Below, piece after piece: positions 37,946 to 47,477 of a stretch of DNA of 64,000 nt. The notes beneath the pieces are model-generated. The model searched no databases and was not told the DNA's origin. It saw only the letters and a program-made list of their open reading frames with translations. Source of the DNA: an uncultured Christensenellaceae bacterium (GTDB lineage Bacteria; Bacillota; Clostridia; Christensenellales; UBA3700). The stretch is from assembly GCA_944380305.1 (NCBI GenBank), contig CALWHF010000002.1, forward strand, positions 14,877-78,876. The letters are read 5' to 3'. The position numbers were made by a program, and so were the translations under genes. Within the stretch, counting starts at the first letter, position 1. Every line of letters begins with the position of its first letter.

Positions 37946-38602
37946 TCAGTTCTGAGCGGATTGCGTTCTTTTCTTGCGCGGACGTCTCTTTGGAATATTG
38001 AAATTCTCCATCATATAATCTATGACGCGGCAAGCTTTTCTAACCGCAAGATCGGAACGGATCGGCAACATGAAAGGAACTTCCTGGTAGGCACTTGTTT
38101 CGCTGAGGTCGCGCTGATGATACTTGCCGTCTTCGAGTGCGGCATCCTCGGGATCGAGCGCGAGATAGAGCTTGAGCGTCTTTCCGCCGATAGCCATTTT
38201 TGCGAGCAGATCTCTGCCCATACGGTAACTGTCGCAACGTGCGCTGTAACGGCTCTTGACCTTGCGGTAAGAAGTGAGATGCGCCTGCAACCTGTCGTGC
38301 CATTCGATGACTCTCTCGTCCATCTCGGAAAGTCTTTCGATAAAGCTTTTGCGGATATCGATGCTTCCGACGACTCCGACAGCAGTTCTGTAATCCGCAG
38401 GCTCTTCGTACCCCTCGTACGTTTCCTCCGCCTGTTCTTCGTAAACATCTTCCTCTGCGGGCTCCTCATACGCCGCGACTTCACGAACGACCTCTTTGGC
38501 GGGAACGGGCTGATCGAGTTCTTCGTCTATATCGAATTCCGAAAGATCCTCGAACTCTTCGTTCTCGCTGTATGAGAATTTATTTTTGTCGTCGATTTTC
38601 AT
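37946..38602 (-). CDS. hypothetical protein with a strongly acidic N-terminal half
   Basis: 218 aa. The first ~75 aa are rich in E/D/Y (EEFEDLSEFDIDEELD..EEDVYEEQAEETYEGYEE) and the C-terminal tail is basic (KRRPRKKRTQS). I recognise no motif. Confidence 0.5.
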   Translation of the reverse strand: MKIDDKNKFSYSENEEFEDLSEFDIDEELDQPVPAKEVVREVAAYEEPAEEDVYEEQAEETYEGYEEPADYRTAVGVVGSIDIRKSFIERLSEMDERVIEWHDRLQAHLTSYRKVKSRYSARCDSYRMGRDLLAKMAIGGKTLKLYLALDPEDAALEDGKYHQRDLSETSAYQEVPFMLPIRSDLAVRKACRVIDYMMENFNIPKRRPRKKRTQSAQN

Positions 38603-38699
38603 AAATTCCTCCTGATCACACTATGCTTTGAAAAAGCGGTATTCTTATATTACTACATCGCGTCGCGGACTGTCAATGAAAATCCGCAGGCTTTTACGG

Positions 38700-38954
38700 T
38701 CAATTTTCTTGGCTATATGCTTGTAAAACGGCTTTTGCGAGCTGATCGGCACACGACGTGCCTTTGCCCGCGCAGTTGACGCCGCCGCATTTCTCGACGA
38801 CTTCCTGCACTGTCATGCCATCCACGAGACGCGGGATCGCGATCAGGTTTCCGGGGCATCCGCCGTAAAACACGACGTTTCTGACCACGTTGCCGTCCAG
38901 CTCGAAGTCGATACGCCTCGAGCATGTACCTTTCGTCATATAAGTATGTTTCAT
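38700..38954 (-). CDS. TSCPD-domain protein (TIGR03905-like small 4-Cys protein)
   Basis: 84 aa. TKGTCSRRIDFELDGNVVRNVVFYGGCPGN..CAGKGTSCADQLA. Confidence 0.8.
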   Translation of the reverse strand: MKHTYMTKGTCSRRIDFELDGNVVRNVVFYGGCPGNLIAIPRLVDGMTVQEVVEKCGGVNCAGKGTSCADQLAKAVLQAYSQEN

Positions 38955-38961
38955 ATCAACC

Positions 38962-39855
38962 TCACTTGAATTCGGGATAAAACTCTTTGATGTACGCCTC
39001 TACGTCCTTGCGCTTGCCTCTGTACGGACCGGGGTTTTCCATCTTGTTGGACACGAGCGCGGTCGCCCAAAGGAGTGCCTTATCCATAGGCTGCTTTATC
39101 CTCTCGGTGATGTATCCCGCGAAAGTCGTGTCTCCTCTGCCGCTTCTTCCCGAAAGATTCCTCGCTTTTATAGGGCAGGTGCACAGCTTTTCGCCGTCAT
39201 ACGCTATGACCTCGGTATTGTGCGTGATCACGACCTCTTTCGCGCCCCACGCGTGCAACATCTTCGCCGCCACGACTCTGTCGGGCTGACCCGTCAGTAT
39301 CTCCGCCTCGGCAGCGTCCGTCTTCAGGTAGGTTATATAAGGAAGTATCTCCTTTTTCTCCGCCCAGTCCTCGAAGTACATCGCGCCCGTCTTCTTATCC
39401 GCATGCCGAAGAAGTGCCTGTACGTCCACCGCGACTTTGCCTTTCGCCGCAAGAGCCTTGATCAGCTCTCCGTCGAAGTCGCCGTAGATCAGACCCGCGA
39501 GATGATAGACGTTGCAGTCCACCTCGGGGATATCCTCTATCCTGAACGGGTCCGCTTGACCTATGCAGGTGCATGTGCGTCTTTCCTTATCGGGAGTATG
39601 GTATTTGTTGCGGATTGACGTGCTCGCGCTCGACGGGATATAGAAAATGTCCTCTTTGTCGATGACGAACTCGTTGAGTCTGTCCTTGTCTTCGGGCGCG
39701 ACCTTGGTCACGACCCCGACCTTGTAGCCGCCCGCATACGCCGCGGCGGAAGAATATATCACCGCTCCGCCGACCTCGATGATCTGGTTGTCGAGATAGT
39801 CTATATTGTAGTCGAGCGAAATATGACCGATAGTCAATGTGTCGTATTTTTTCAT
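38962..39855 (-). CDS. PfkB-family carbohydrate kinase
   Basis: 297 aa. N-terminal VGGAVIYSS and C-terminal SGRSGRGDTFAGY (PfkB signature-2-like DTxGAGD variant). Confidence 0.65.
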   Translation of the reverse strand: MKKYDTLTIGHISLDYNIDYLDNQIIEVGGAVIYSSAAAYAGGYKVGVVTKVAPEDKDRLNEFVIDKEDIFYIPSSASTSIRNKYHTPDKERRTCTCIGQADPFRIEDIPEVDCNVYHLAGLIYGDFDGELIKALAAKGKVAVDVQALLRHADKKTGAMYFEDWAEKKEILPYITYLKTDAAEAEILTGQPDRVVAAKMLHAWGAKEVVITHNTEVIAYDGEKLCTCPIKARNLSGRSGRGDTTFAGYITERIKQPMDKALLWATALVSNKMENPGPYRGKRKDVEAYIKEFYPEFK

Positions 39856-39874
39856 AACTATTATTTCTCCGTGA

Positions 39875-42800
39875 TTATTCGGTTATAAATTCAAAATCCG
39901 AAATGTTTCTGGTTTCCTCGAATTTGAGATATGCCACGCCGTATCTCGGATCGGTTGCTGCGCCAAACTCTTTGCCCGCCTCTTTTATGATATAGGGACG
40001 TCTGTTATCCTCGTCTCCGTCAAACTGAGAGCAATACCATACGTCGCTCATCCTGACTACGTCGTCGACCGTAACAGTTATCTTTATCTTTTCTTCAACT
40101 ATCGGTACGGTATACTCGTAATCCACGAGATTTGTATTGAATATTTTACTCACGACGTCATTTCCGGTCTGACCGGAAGCACCGTCTCCGAACAATGTCT
40201 TGTCGTAACCGATACTCTTGAGTATTCTGTTCATCACCTTGCACTCGTCATCGTCCATGGTATTGACGAATATCCTCGTATTCTGTTGCGCGTTCGCTTG
40301 TTCGAGCGGTATCTGAGCACTGATATAAATCACTGACGGCACAAGCTTGTTTCCTTCAACTTTGGGTGCCAGATTAGCCGTATTTACTTTGAGCGTGACC
40401 ATAAGATACGACGTACCCGCATGTTCTGTCGTGTCGAGGTTGAAATAACTTCTGACCAACGCAGCTCTGTTCTGTTCCTCTTCGCTGCCGTTAGTGTAAT
40501 TGGGCAGGATATACGACTGATAGAAATTTATGTCTCCTGACACACCGCCGACTATATCCGTGAAGTCGTTGCCGCTCATCTTCGTCGACATATACGCGTC
40601 AAGAAATTGAGCCTCGATAGTCACGTCCTGACCGCTTATCGAAAGCAGGAATGTAGAGTTGCCTTTCGCAATATCGTCGTCGGTCATGTTGTCTTCGTCG
40701 ATCGGCGAAACGTAAGCGGAGTTCGAAAGTGTCTTTCCGTTTTCGTCGACATACCCGTCAAGGCCTTTGTGTAGTCCCTTTATCGTGGAACGCATAAGTT
40801 CGCCCGAAGGCTTGACCTCGCCAACCTCGTCGTATACCTTGTTGACTGCAAGCTCGAATATCGTCGAGAATTCTATGCCCGCCGCACGGGTTGCCTCTTC
40901 GTCGACGAATTCTATATCCACGCTGCCTCCCGCCTTCATTTCACCGAACGCAGTCGCGAGTTTTCCTTCGATCGTCTGTTCGAGGCCCGCCTTGCTGAGC
41001 TCCTGACCGTCGCCAGTTGAAGTCTGTCCCGAGAATCTCCTGACGAAGAACAGCATCTTGTCGATGTATTCGTCTCCTATCGCGTTGATGTCTACGCTCG
41101 CATCGTAAATCTCGTTACCGAACGTATCGTATCCCACCTCGATCGTGACGATGATGTCGATACCGTACGGGAACAACGTAGCGTACTTCTTGTTCTCTTC
41201 TATCGTAGTTTCTCCCTCGACGTTCATATCGACGTCTCCCTTGATCCTCAGCTTTATGACCGGTGTCGTGCCCTCGTTATATATGCTGATGTATTCGATC
41301 TTGCTTGTGGGTAGTATCTTCATCAGGTTATCGAGTTTGCCTGAACCGTTTACTATATTTGCAAATTCGAACTGGCTGAGATAGGGATTCAGTTCTTCAT
41401 AGTTCGTCTCATCCTCGAGAAGTCCGGCGTTCTGTCCTTCTGCCGCGGTCATTCTGAGTACGGACGCATAATTGTTTCCGATTTCGGTGAGTTTATCCTG
41501 AATGTTGTTTATCGTCCAGTCGTCGCCCGTCTCGATATAATATTTTTTGTCTATCTCGCTCACGAACCCGCTGATACCGAGAGCTACCTCGTCGGCGTTC
41601 ATGTTGGTCTCGACTTCCGTACCTTCCGCATCGTACTTATAGGTTCTGGAAAGGATAAAATACATATCCTCGCCCGTCATCTTATACAAGTCGTTGAACT
41701 CATCCTCGGTCATATCTCCGTCAAGCTCGGGATCGTACTTGAGTTTCGAATTGTTTGCGAGCACTTCGAAGATGTTGGGCAGTATTGCGCCCGTAGACGT
41801 GAATTCTATGCCCACGCCCATATTCGTTTCAATATCGGCGAACGCCTCGAATATCTTTTGATTGAGCTGATTCTGAAGTTCGTCGAAGGAAAGACCCGAG
41901 ACCTGTCCCTCTCCGCCTTCCTCTCCGGTTTCAGGAGTCTCGCCGCTGTCTCCGCCTTTCTTCTGAACCGCATTCAGCAGGCTGATCAGCGTCTCGAAAT
42001 GTTTGCGGCTCTCGTCGTTGCCCTTCTTGTTGATGTCGATCAGCGCGGTGCTGGACTTCGTACCGTCAGTCGCGGTATACTGCGTATATGTGAGGAAAAC
42101 GTAGATTGCGTCGGGAAGCAACTGTTTGACGAGATTTTTCATCACCGTGTTGTCTCCCAACTGAGCGTCTATCACACTTGTCAGATCGAGCTCTATCGTA
42201 ACGTCGAGCGTAAAATATTCTCTGTTTTGTGAATCGATGCCTACGCCCTTACTGTCGACAGCCATTATCCACGGTTCCATATTTTCGACTTTGAAGTTCT
42301 GGTTCTTCAGATAACCGTTGAGCAACGCAGCGAGAGTATCCTCGTCAGCTACGGGTCTGAACGCTCCTCCGTCCTCGTAATCGAGCCCCTCTACGATCCT
42401 GTCTCTTATCTCTATCCTCCTGAGCGAATTTTCGTCATCGGAAAGAGTGCTTATTTTGGAGAAGAGGTTGGACGCGGTTATGAATTTGTCTGTCTCCCCC
42501 GCAGCCGTATCGGGCTCGTTGTTGAAATAGTATTTGGTGCTGAACTCGCCGTTGATAAAGTCATTTGCGGCAATTATCTGACTTTCTTCGTTGTACCCGT
42601 CGACGCCGAGAGATTCAGCCGTAGGAAGTTTGACGTCTCTGACCAGCGCGAGGAAGTCTCCCTGGGTAAGATTCTCTGCACCCAGCATATTGATAACCGC
42701 CTGTATCGGCTTGGTGTTGAGAGTTCCGCTGGGAGTAAAGTTGACGGGAATAATATCGTTGATTTTTGCGATGGTATCGTAGACCTTCGCGTTTATGCTC

Positions 42801-43933
42801 TGCATGAAAGAAATGCTGTTTCCGTCTTCGTCTTGAGCAGAAAGGAACTTGTCAAGCAGATTGTTGACCGCTGTCTGCTGCTTTTCGCTCATATTGTTGA
42901 CGATGACCTGCGCGCTCCACGTCTGTTGGTTGGGGAATACGCTTGCCGTAACGTAAAGAGTCTCGGGCAAAAGCGCGGGCAACGCGTCAACGGCACTGCT
43001 CACTATCGAAGGAACTTCCTTGCCCTGAAAAAGCTTTGAAAGCAGCTGTTCTTTGTTGTTCGCTAAAGCAGTCTTTGCAGCATCGCGGAGATTGAGTTTG
43101 ATGGTGACGAGTACGCGCGCGTCTTCCTGTTCGAGCACGGTCGCCTTATCGATTATGACCTGTTGGACCGAAACGACAGCCGCTATATTCAGACCGTACT
43201 GAGTCTCGAAATTCTTGAGCGCGTCTATCTCGGAAATAACGCCGAACGCCTCGTTGAGAACTGCGGCAAGTTCTTTATCAGAAAGCTCGAGCATTTCTTT
43301 TTCGAGATCGGAATCGGTCTTGCCTTCGAGGACGGAGAAATCGAACTCCAGGCTTTCAAGCAGATCGTCGAGAGCCTGATTGCCCGTGATCGAACCGTTT
43401 GCACCCACTTCGGGAGCACTCTCGTCAGACATAACGAGAGGCTTTCCGTTGCTCAGCGTAACTTCTTCGGTAGCGTTTCCGTTCTCTCCCGACGTAGCAT
43501 TTGAAAGTATACCGCTGACTATATCGTTTATGGATATTTCGCAATCCTGAGAAACATATAAGCCTTTCTTCAGATCTGTATAAAAGCTTTCCAGATCGGT
43601 TTCCGCATTGTAGGGATTGGTAACTATACCGCTGCCGTCCTTGTAGAGATCCGCGAGCATGGACACAGCTTCGGGCAATGTGAGCCCGGTAGGCTCTTTT
43701 GCATACATGTCCCACGCGACGAACGCCCCTACGAAAAGAGTGCAGATAAGCACGAATACTATGCTTATTGCGGCAAATCCCGTAAAGAAACGCCTTCTAT
43801 GTCCTTTCTTTTCGATTTTCTTCGCATCTTTCTCCGTATAATAATTGTCGGAAACGGAATAAAGCTTGTCGTTTTCGGATTTTTCTTCCGAACCGACCTT
43901 TTTCAGCTTCAAATCTTTTATTTTCTTGCTCAT
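39875..43933 (-). CDS. very large (1352 aa) membrane-anchored hypothetical protein
   Basis: Lys-rich cytoplasmic N-terminus and a single TM (FFTGFAAISIVFVLICTLFVGAFVAW), then ~1270 aa with no motif I recognise. Start set at the second Met (ATG 43931-43933), 7 nt after RBS AGGAGA. Confidence 0.7.
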   Translation of the reverse strand: MSKKIKDLKLKKVGSEEKSENDKLYSVSDNYYTEKDAKKIEKKGHRRRFFTGFAAISIVFVLICTLFVGAFVAWDMYAKEPTGLTLPEAVSMLADLYKDGSGIVTNPYNAETDLESFYTDLKKGLYVSQDCEISINDIVSGILSNATSGENGNATEEVTLSNGKPLVMSDESAPEVGANGSITGNQALDDLLESLEFDFSVLEGKTDSDLEKEMLELSDKELAAVLNEAFGVISEIDALKNFETQYGLNIAAVVSVQQVIIDKATVLEQEDARVLVTIKLNLRDAAKTALANNKEQLLSKLFQGKEVPSIVSSAVDALPALLPETLYVTASVFPNQQTWSAQVIVNNMSEKQQTAVNNLLDKFLSAQDEDGNSISFMQSINAKVYDTIAKINDIIPVNFTPSGTLNTKPIQAVINMLGAENLTQGDFLALVRDVKLPTAESLGVDGYNEESQIIAANDFINGEFSTKYYFNNEPDTAAGETDKFITASNLFSKISTLSDDENSLRRIEIRDRIVEGLDYEDGGAFRPVADEDTLAALLNGYLKNQNFKVENMEPWIMAVDSKGVGIDSQNREYFTLDVTIELDLTSVIDAQLGDNTVMKNLVKQLLPDAIYVFLTYTQYTATDGTKSSTALIDINKKGNDESRKHFETLISLLNAVQKKGGDSGETPETGEEGGEGQVSGLSFDELQNQLNQKIFEAFADIETNMGVGIEFTSTGAILPNIFEVLANNSKLKYDPELDGDMTEDEFNDLYKMTGEDMYFILSRTYKYDAEGTEVETNMNADEVALGISGFVSEIDKKYYIETGDDWTINNIQDKLTEIGNNYASVLRMTAAEGQNAGLLEDETNYEELNPYLSQFEFANIVNGSGKLDNLMKILPTSKIEYISIYNEGTTPVIKLRIKGDVDMNVEGETTIEENKKYATLFPYGIDIIVTIEVGYDTFGNEIYDASVDINAIGDEYIDKMLFFVRRFSGQTSTGDGQELSKAGLEQTIEGKLATAFGEMKAGGSVDIEFVDEEATRAAGIEFSTIFELAVNKVYDEVGEVKPSGELMRSTIKGLHKGLDGYVDENGKTLSNSAYVSPIDEDNMTDDDIAKGNSTFLLSISGQDVTIEAQFLDAYMSTKMSGNDFTDIVGGVSGDINFYQSYILPNYTNGSEEEQNRAALVRSYFNLDTTEHAGTSYLMVTLKVNTANLAPKVEGNKLVPSVIYISAQIPLEQANAQQNTRIFVNTMDDDECKVMNRILKSIGYDKTLFGDGASGQTGNDVVSKIFNTNLVDYEYTVPIVEEKIKITVTVDDVVRMSDVWYCSQFDGDEDNRRPYIIKEAGKEFGAATDPRYGVAYLKFEETRNISDFEFITE

Positions 43934-44084
43934 CCCCATATCTCCTGCTGAGAATATTTTTAATTATTATAACACATTTTTTTTGATTTGTATAGATATT
44001 TATAACCTATACTACGAGGTTTTCCTTGATAATTTTTCCAGATCTGCGTATTTTGAGGCAAAATCTTCGCGTTTTGCGCCCGTG

Positions 44085-44114
44085 TTGACAAAATAACGCT
44101 GCACGGTATATAAT
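44085..44114 (+). promoter_or_regulatory. sigma-70-type promoter of the SGNH hydrolase gene
   Basis: TTGACA (44085-44090), an 18-nt spacer, TATAAT (44109-44114). Confidence 0.55.
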
Positions 44115-44168
44115 CGGATAGACGGCAATCATAACTTTCGACAAGATAAAAATATGGAGAAAACGGAC

Positions 44169-44903
44169 ATGAAAAATACTTTCAGAAAAGAAAAAATCGC
44201 GCTGACGGCGTTTTTTGCCGCGATATGCGTGATACTTCTCGCACTCAGCATATTTCTGAGTTACTATTCCGCATACGGCGACGTACTGTTTACGATACTC
44301 GGCGACAAGTCGGTCAAAGAGGCAAAATACGACGAAATGAACAAGACGGCAAAAAAAGGACTGACGGTATTCTTCGGCGACTCGCTGACCGAGTTTTACG
44401 ACACCTCTTCCGCTTTCCCCGAATTCGAGAACCTGAACAGGGGCATATCGGGCGACACCACGAGCGGCATGTTGTCGAGGCTGGACAACAATCTGCTGCC
44501 CCTCGAACCGTCGAGAGTCATATTCCTGGGAGGCGCGAACGACCTGAACAGAGGCGTTACGCCCGAAAAAATAGCCGAGAACATACGCGAAATACTGACG
44601 GAAATAAAAACAGCTCTTCCCGACTGCGAAGTATTCGTCGAATCTCTTTACCCCGTCAATCCGAATACTAAACCAGTATATCTTAACAGCGTCGCGGACC
44701 GCAAGAACGAAGACATACTCAAAGTCAACGCTCTTATAGAACCGATATGCGCCGAACTAGGCTGCACATACATCGATGTCAATTCTCTGCTTTCGGACGC
44801 AGACGGAAATCTGCGGGAAGAACTGACGATGGACGGTCTGCACGTCAATGCGGACGGCTACGCGATCGTTACCGCGAAACTCAACGAATACCTTATAAAA
44901 TAA
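44169..44903 (+). CDS. membrane-anchored SGNH/GDSL-family hydrolase
   Basis: TM anchor, then FFGDSLTE (GDSL block I), GGANDL (block III) and DGLH (block V). Start chosen at ATG 44169, 8 nt after GGAGA; the ORF-track start at 44154 lacks an RBS. Confidence 0.8.
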   Translation: MKNTFRKEKIALTAFFAAICVILLALSIFLSYYSAYGDVLFTILGDKSVKEAKYDEMNKTAKKGLTVFFGDSLTEFYDTSSAFPEFENLNRGISGDTTSGMLSRLDNNLLPLEPSRVIFLGGANDLNRGVTPEKIAENIREILTEIKTALPDCEVFVESLYPVNPNTKPVYLNSVADRKNEDILKVNALIEPICAELGCTYIDVNSLLSDADGNLREELTMDGLHVNADGYAIVTAKLNEYLIK

Positions 44904-44928
44904 ATCGCGGCAGCAAATCACGCGATCT

Positions 44929-44957
44929 CCCGCCGACTTCCGTGTCGGCGGTTTTTT
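44929..44957 (+). terminator. intrinsic terminator of the SGNH hydrolase gene
   Basis: Stem CCGCCGAC / GTCGGCGG, a 6-nt loop, then a T6 run. Confidence 0.8.
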
Positions 44958-45094
44958 ATGCACAAAACCGCTCTTGTTTCGTTTCCCACAGTATACTTTA
45001 TCCGTCTTCGCTTTTGTCCTCGTCTGAAAACTGTGTCGGTGCAAATCGTTTATTTGCACGAAACTCCCTCACCTCTTTCCTTTCATGACATATA

Positions 45095-45138
45095 AAAGAC
45101 CCGCCCTTCGCTGTAAAACGCAGGACGGGTCTTTTTCT
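45095..45138. terminator. hairpin terminator downstream of the 45154-45672 gene (possibly bidirectional)
   Basis: Stem AAGACCCGCC / GGACGGGTCTT with a T-rich run on the plus side and TTTTATA on the minus side. Confidence 0.55.
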
Positions 45139-45153
45139 TTTCGTTTATATCTG

Positions 45154-45672
45154 TCAGCTCTTGACCGCGCCGCCGATTGCAGCCGCACCGCCGAGAACGC
45201 CGCCGACCGTCAACAGATAGCAACCTATCGCCGGAGCTACCGAATTGCCGATAGTCTCGTTGCCTACCGCGTATTCGTTGCCCATAAGGATCGTGAACAC
45301 GATAGCGAGCACCGCGCACAGCAGACCTACGATACCTGCGATTCCGCCGAGAGTCGAGAGCAGCTTGAGTCTTATGACCAGCTTGAGTATGAACAGCACA
45401 GCCGCAACCGCGACAGCCGCAGCAGCTATCCACGCGAACATGTTCGTCACAACGAAATATTTGACCTCTCCGTCGAGCTTAACTGCGGAATCGTGCATCT
45501 CCGCCCAGTCCTGAAGCGTCGCATTGCTTTCAACCGAGCCTATGACCACGTTGGTCTTCGACGTCGTCCAGTCGAGGAACAACCCCGTAAACGCGAGAGC
45601 CGCGCCGACTATCATTACGAGCACGAGTACGAGAGACAGAACGCTGACTCCCTTCTTTTTCTTCTTTGCCAT
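45154..45672 (-). CDS. hypothetical polytopic membrane protein
   Basis: 172 aa. MAKKKKKG followed by four hydrophobic Ala/Gly/Val-rich segments. No motif recognised. Confidence 0.6.
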   Translation of the reverse strand: MAKKKKKGVSVLSLVLVLVMIVGAALAFTGLFLDWTTSKTNVVIGSVESNATLQDWAEMHDSAVKLDGEVKYFVVTNMFAWIAAAAVAVAAVLFILKLVIRLKLLSTLGGIAGIVGLLCAVLAIVFTILMGNEYAVGNETIGNSVAPAIGCYLLTVGGVLGGAAAIGGAVKS

Positions 45673-46063
45673 AATACAACCTCCTTAATTTACTATTCTA
45701 AAAAAAGCGAGATGGCGCAGTTGTGGCACACCATCTCAAACCTACGCGTATATTATATCATAGTATTGCGCGCGTGTCAACGGACAAAACGTATCGAAAC
45801 GTGTCTTAAAATACACTATGTCCGTGAGTTTGCGCATTCTTTCCTTTACACCTCTTTCGCAACCGCCCGCGATTCCGAAAGCCCGCGTCATTTTTCATCC
45901 TGCGCTTACCCGTCATTCTCTCGATGTCGAGAATGAATACCGTCGTCGCCATTCAGCGTCGGCGCACCGCGTCGCATTTTTCCGACACCTTTGTTATTTC
46001 TTCAAAATCTTTTACTTCTCTGTCGGGTTTCTCACAAAATATTTTTCAGATCATAAATCGCAA

Positions 46064-46092
46064 ATAAAAATACGGACTTTCCGCCCGTATTT
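46064..46092 (-). terminator. intrinsic terminator of guaA
   Basis: Minus-strand stem ATACGGGCGG / TCCGTAT (imperfect), followed by TTTTTATTT. Confidence 0.6.
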
Positions 46093-46102
46093 TTTCATTT
46101 TA

Positions 46103-47380
46103 TTATTCCCACTCGATCGTGCCCGTCGGCTTCGGGGTCATATCGAAACACACGCGGTTGACGCCTTTGACCTCGGTGATTATCCTCGCAACGATCTTGT
46201 CGAGAACTTTCCAGTCGACGTGCTCTATCGTAGCCGTCATCGCGTCCACGGTATTTACGGCACGGATTATTACGGGCCACTCGAAGGAGCGCGCGTTGTC
46301 TCTTACGCCGACCGACTTGACGTCGGGGATAAGCGTGAAGTACTGCCATACCTTGCCCTGCAAGCCCGCTTTGGCGAATTCCTCGCGGAGTATCGCGTCG
46401 GATTCTCTGACCGCCTCGAGCCTGTCTCTTGTGATCGCGCCGAGACATCTGACGCCGAGACCGGGACCCGGGAACGGCTGACGGTAAACCATATCGTCGG
46501 GAAGACCGAGTGCCTTGCCGCATGCGCGGACTTCGTCCTTGAACAGGTATTTGAGCGGCTCGACCAGCTCGAATTTGAGGTCGTCGGGAAGACCGCCCAC
46601 GTTGTGGTGCGACTTGACGATCTTGTTTGTCTTCGTACCGCTCTCGACGATGTCGGGATATATCGTACCCTGAGCGAGGAAGTCGATGCCGTCGAGTTTT
46701 CTCGCCTCTTCTTCGAACACTCTGATGAATTCCGCACCGATGATCTTTCTCTTCTTCTCGGGATCGGAGACGCCCGCGAGCTTGTCGAGGAACCTGTCCA
46801 CGCTGTCGGAATAGATAAGGGTCGCACCCAGCTCTTCTCTGAACACCTTGACGACCTGTTCCGGCTCTCCCTTTCTCAGAAGGCCGTGGTTGACGTGCAC
46901 GCATACGAGCTGCTTGCCTATCGCCTTTATCAGCAACGCGGCGACGACAGAGCTGTCCACTCCGCCCGAAAGCGCGAGGAGCACCTTTTTGTCTCCTATC
47001 TGTTTCTTCAGCAGTTCGACCTGATCGTCGATAAAGTTCTGCATATTCCAGTTAGCCTCGCAAGCGCATCTGTCGAAGACGAACGCCTTGAGGTCAGACT
47101 CTTTCATAGACGGGCACTTCTTCGTATCGTGACCGAGGGCGACGACGGGAATCCCCGACTTGTATATCTCGTCCGCGACGTCTATCCTGACGCCGTCGAT
47201 GACGTTGTTCGGTCCGCCGTTTAATATCACGCCTTTGACGTTGGGAAGTGCGGCAAGCTGCTTGGCGGTGATGTCGTGAGGATGTATCTCGCTGTAAACG
47301 CCGAGCGCACGGATCTCTCTTGCAAGCGCGGAATTGTTCTCGCTGCCGAGATCGAGGATAACTATCATATCTTGTTTCAT
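46103..47380 (-). CDS. guaA: GMP synthase ATP-pyrophosphatase/dimerisation domains with a truncated, Cys-less glutamine amidotransferase remnant
   Basis: SGGVDSSV PP-loop, KSHHNVGGLP, FPGPGLGVR and a C-terminal PTGTIEWE are all GuaA-typical. The protein is only 425 aa. The N-terminal ~95 aa align to the first half of the GATase domain, but the nucleophile elbow (GVCYGMQ in E. coli) reads ALGHDTK. Confidence 0.85.
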   Translation of the reverse strand: MKQDMIVILDLGSENNSALAREIRALGVYSEIHPHDITAKQLAALPNVKGVILNGGPNNVIDGVRIDVADEIYKSGIPVVALGHDTKKCPSMKESDLKAFVFDRCACEANWNMQNFIDDQVELLKKQIGDKKVLLALSGGVDSSVVAALLIKAIGKQLVCVHVNHGLLRKGEPEQVVKVFREELGATLIYSDSVDRFLDKLAGVSDPEKKRKIIGAEFIRVFEEEARKLDGIDFLAQGTIYPDIVESGTKTNKIVKSHHNVGGLPDDLKFELVEPLKYLFKDEVRACGKALGLPDDMVYRQPFPGPGLGVRCLGAITRDRLEAVRESDAILREEFAKAGLQGKVWQYFTLIPDVKSVGVRDNARSFEWPVIIRAVNTVDAMTATIEHVDWKVLDKIVARIITEVKGVNRVCFDMTPKPTGTIEWE

Positions 47381-47477
47381 CTATGTTCTCCTTTGTTCAG
47401 GTCTGGTATAAATGTATCACCAAACGGACACTCGTGTCAATCCGTTTTGACTTTTTATTATCCGACTGCCCGCCCGA

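Noticed and set aside
45818-47224. 468-aa ORF on the plus strand
   Set aside because: It is antisense to guaA, which has clear PP-loop and C-terminal GuaA motifs. No motif appears in the antisense product.
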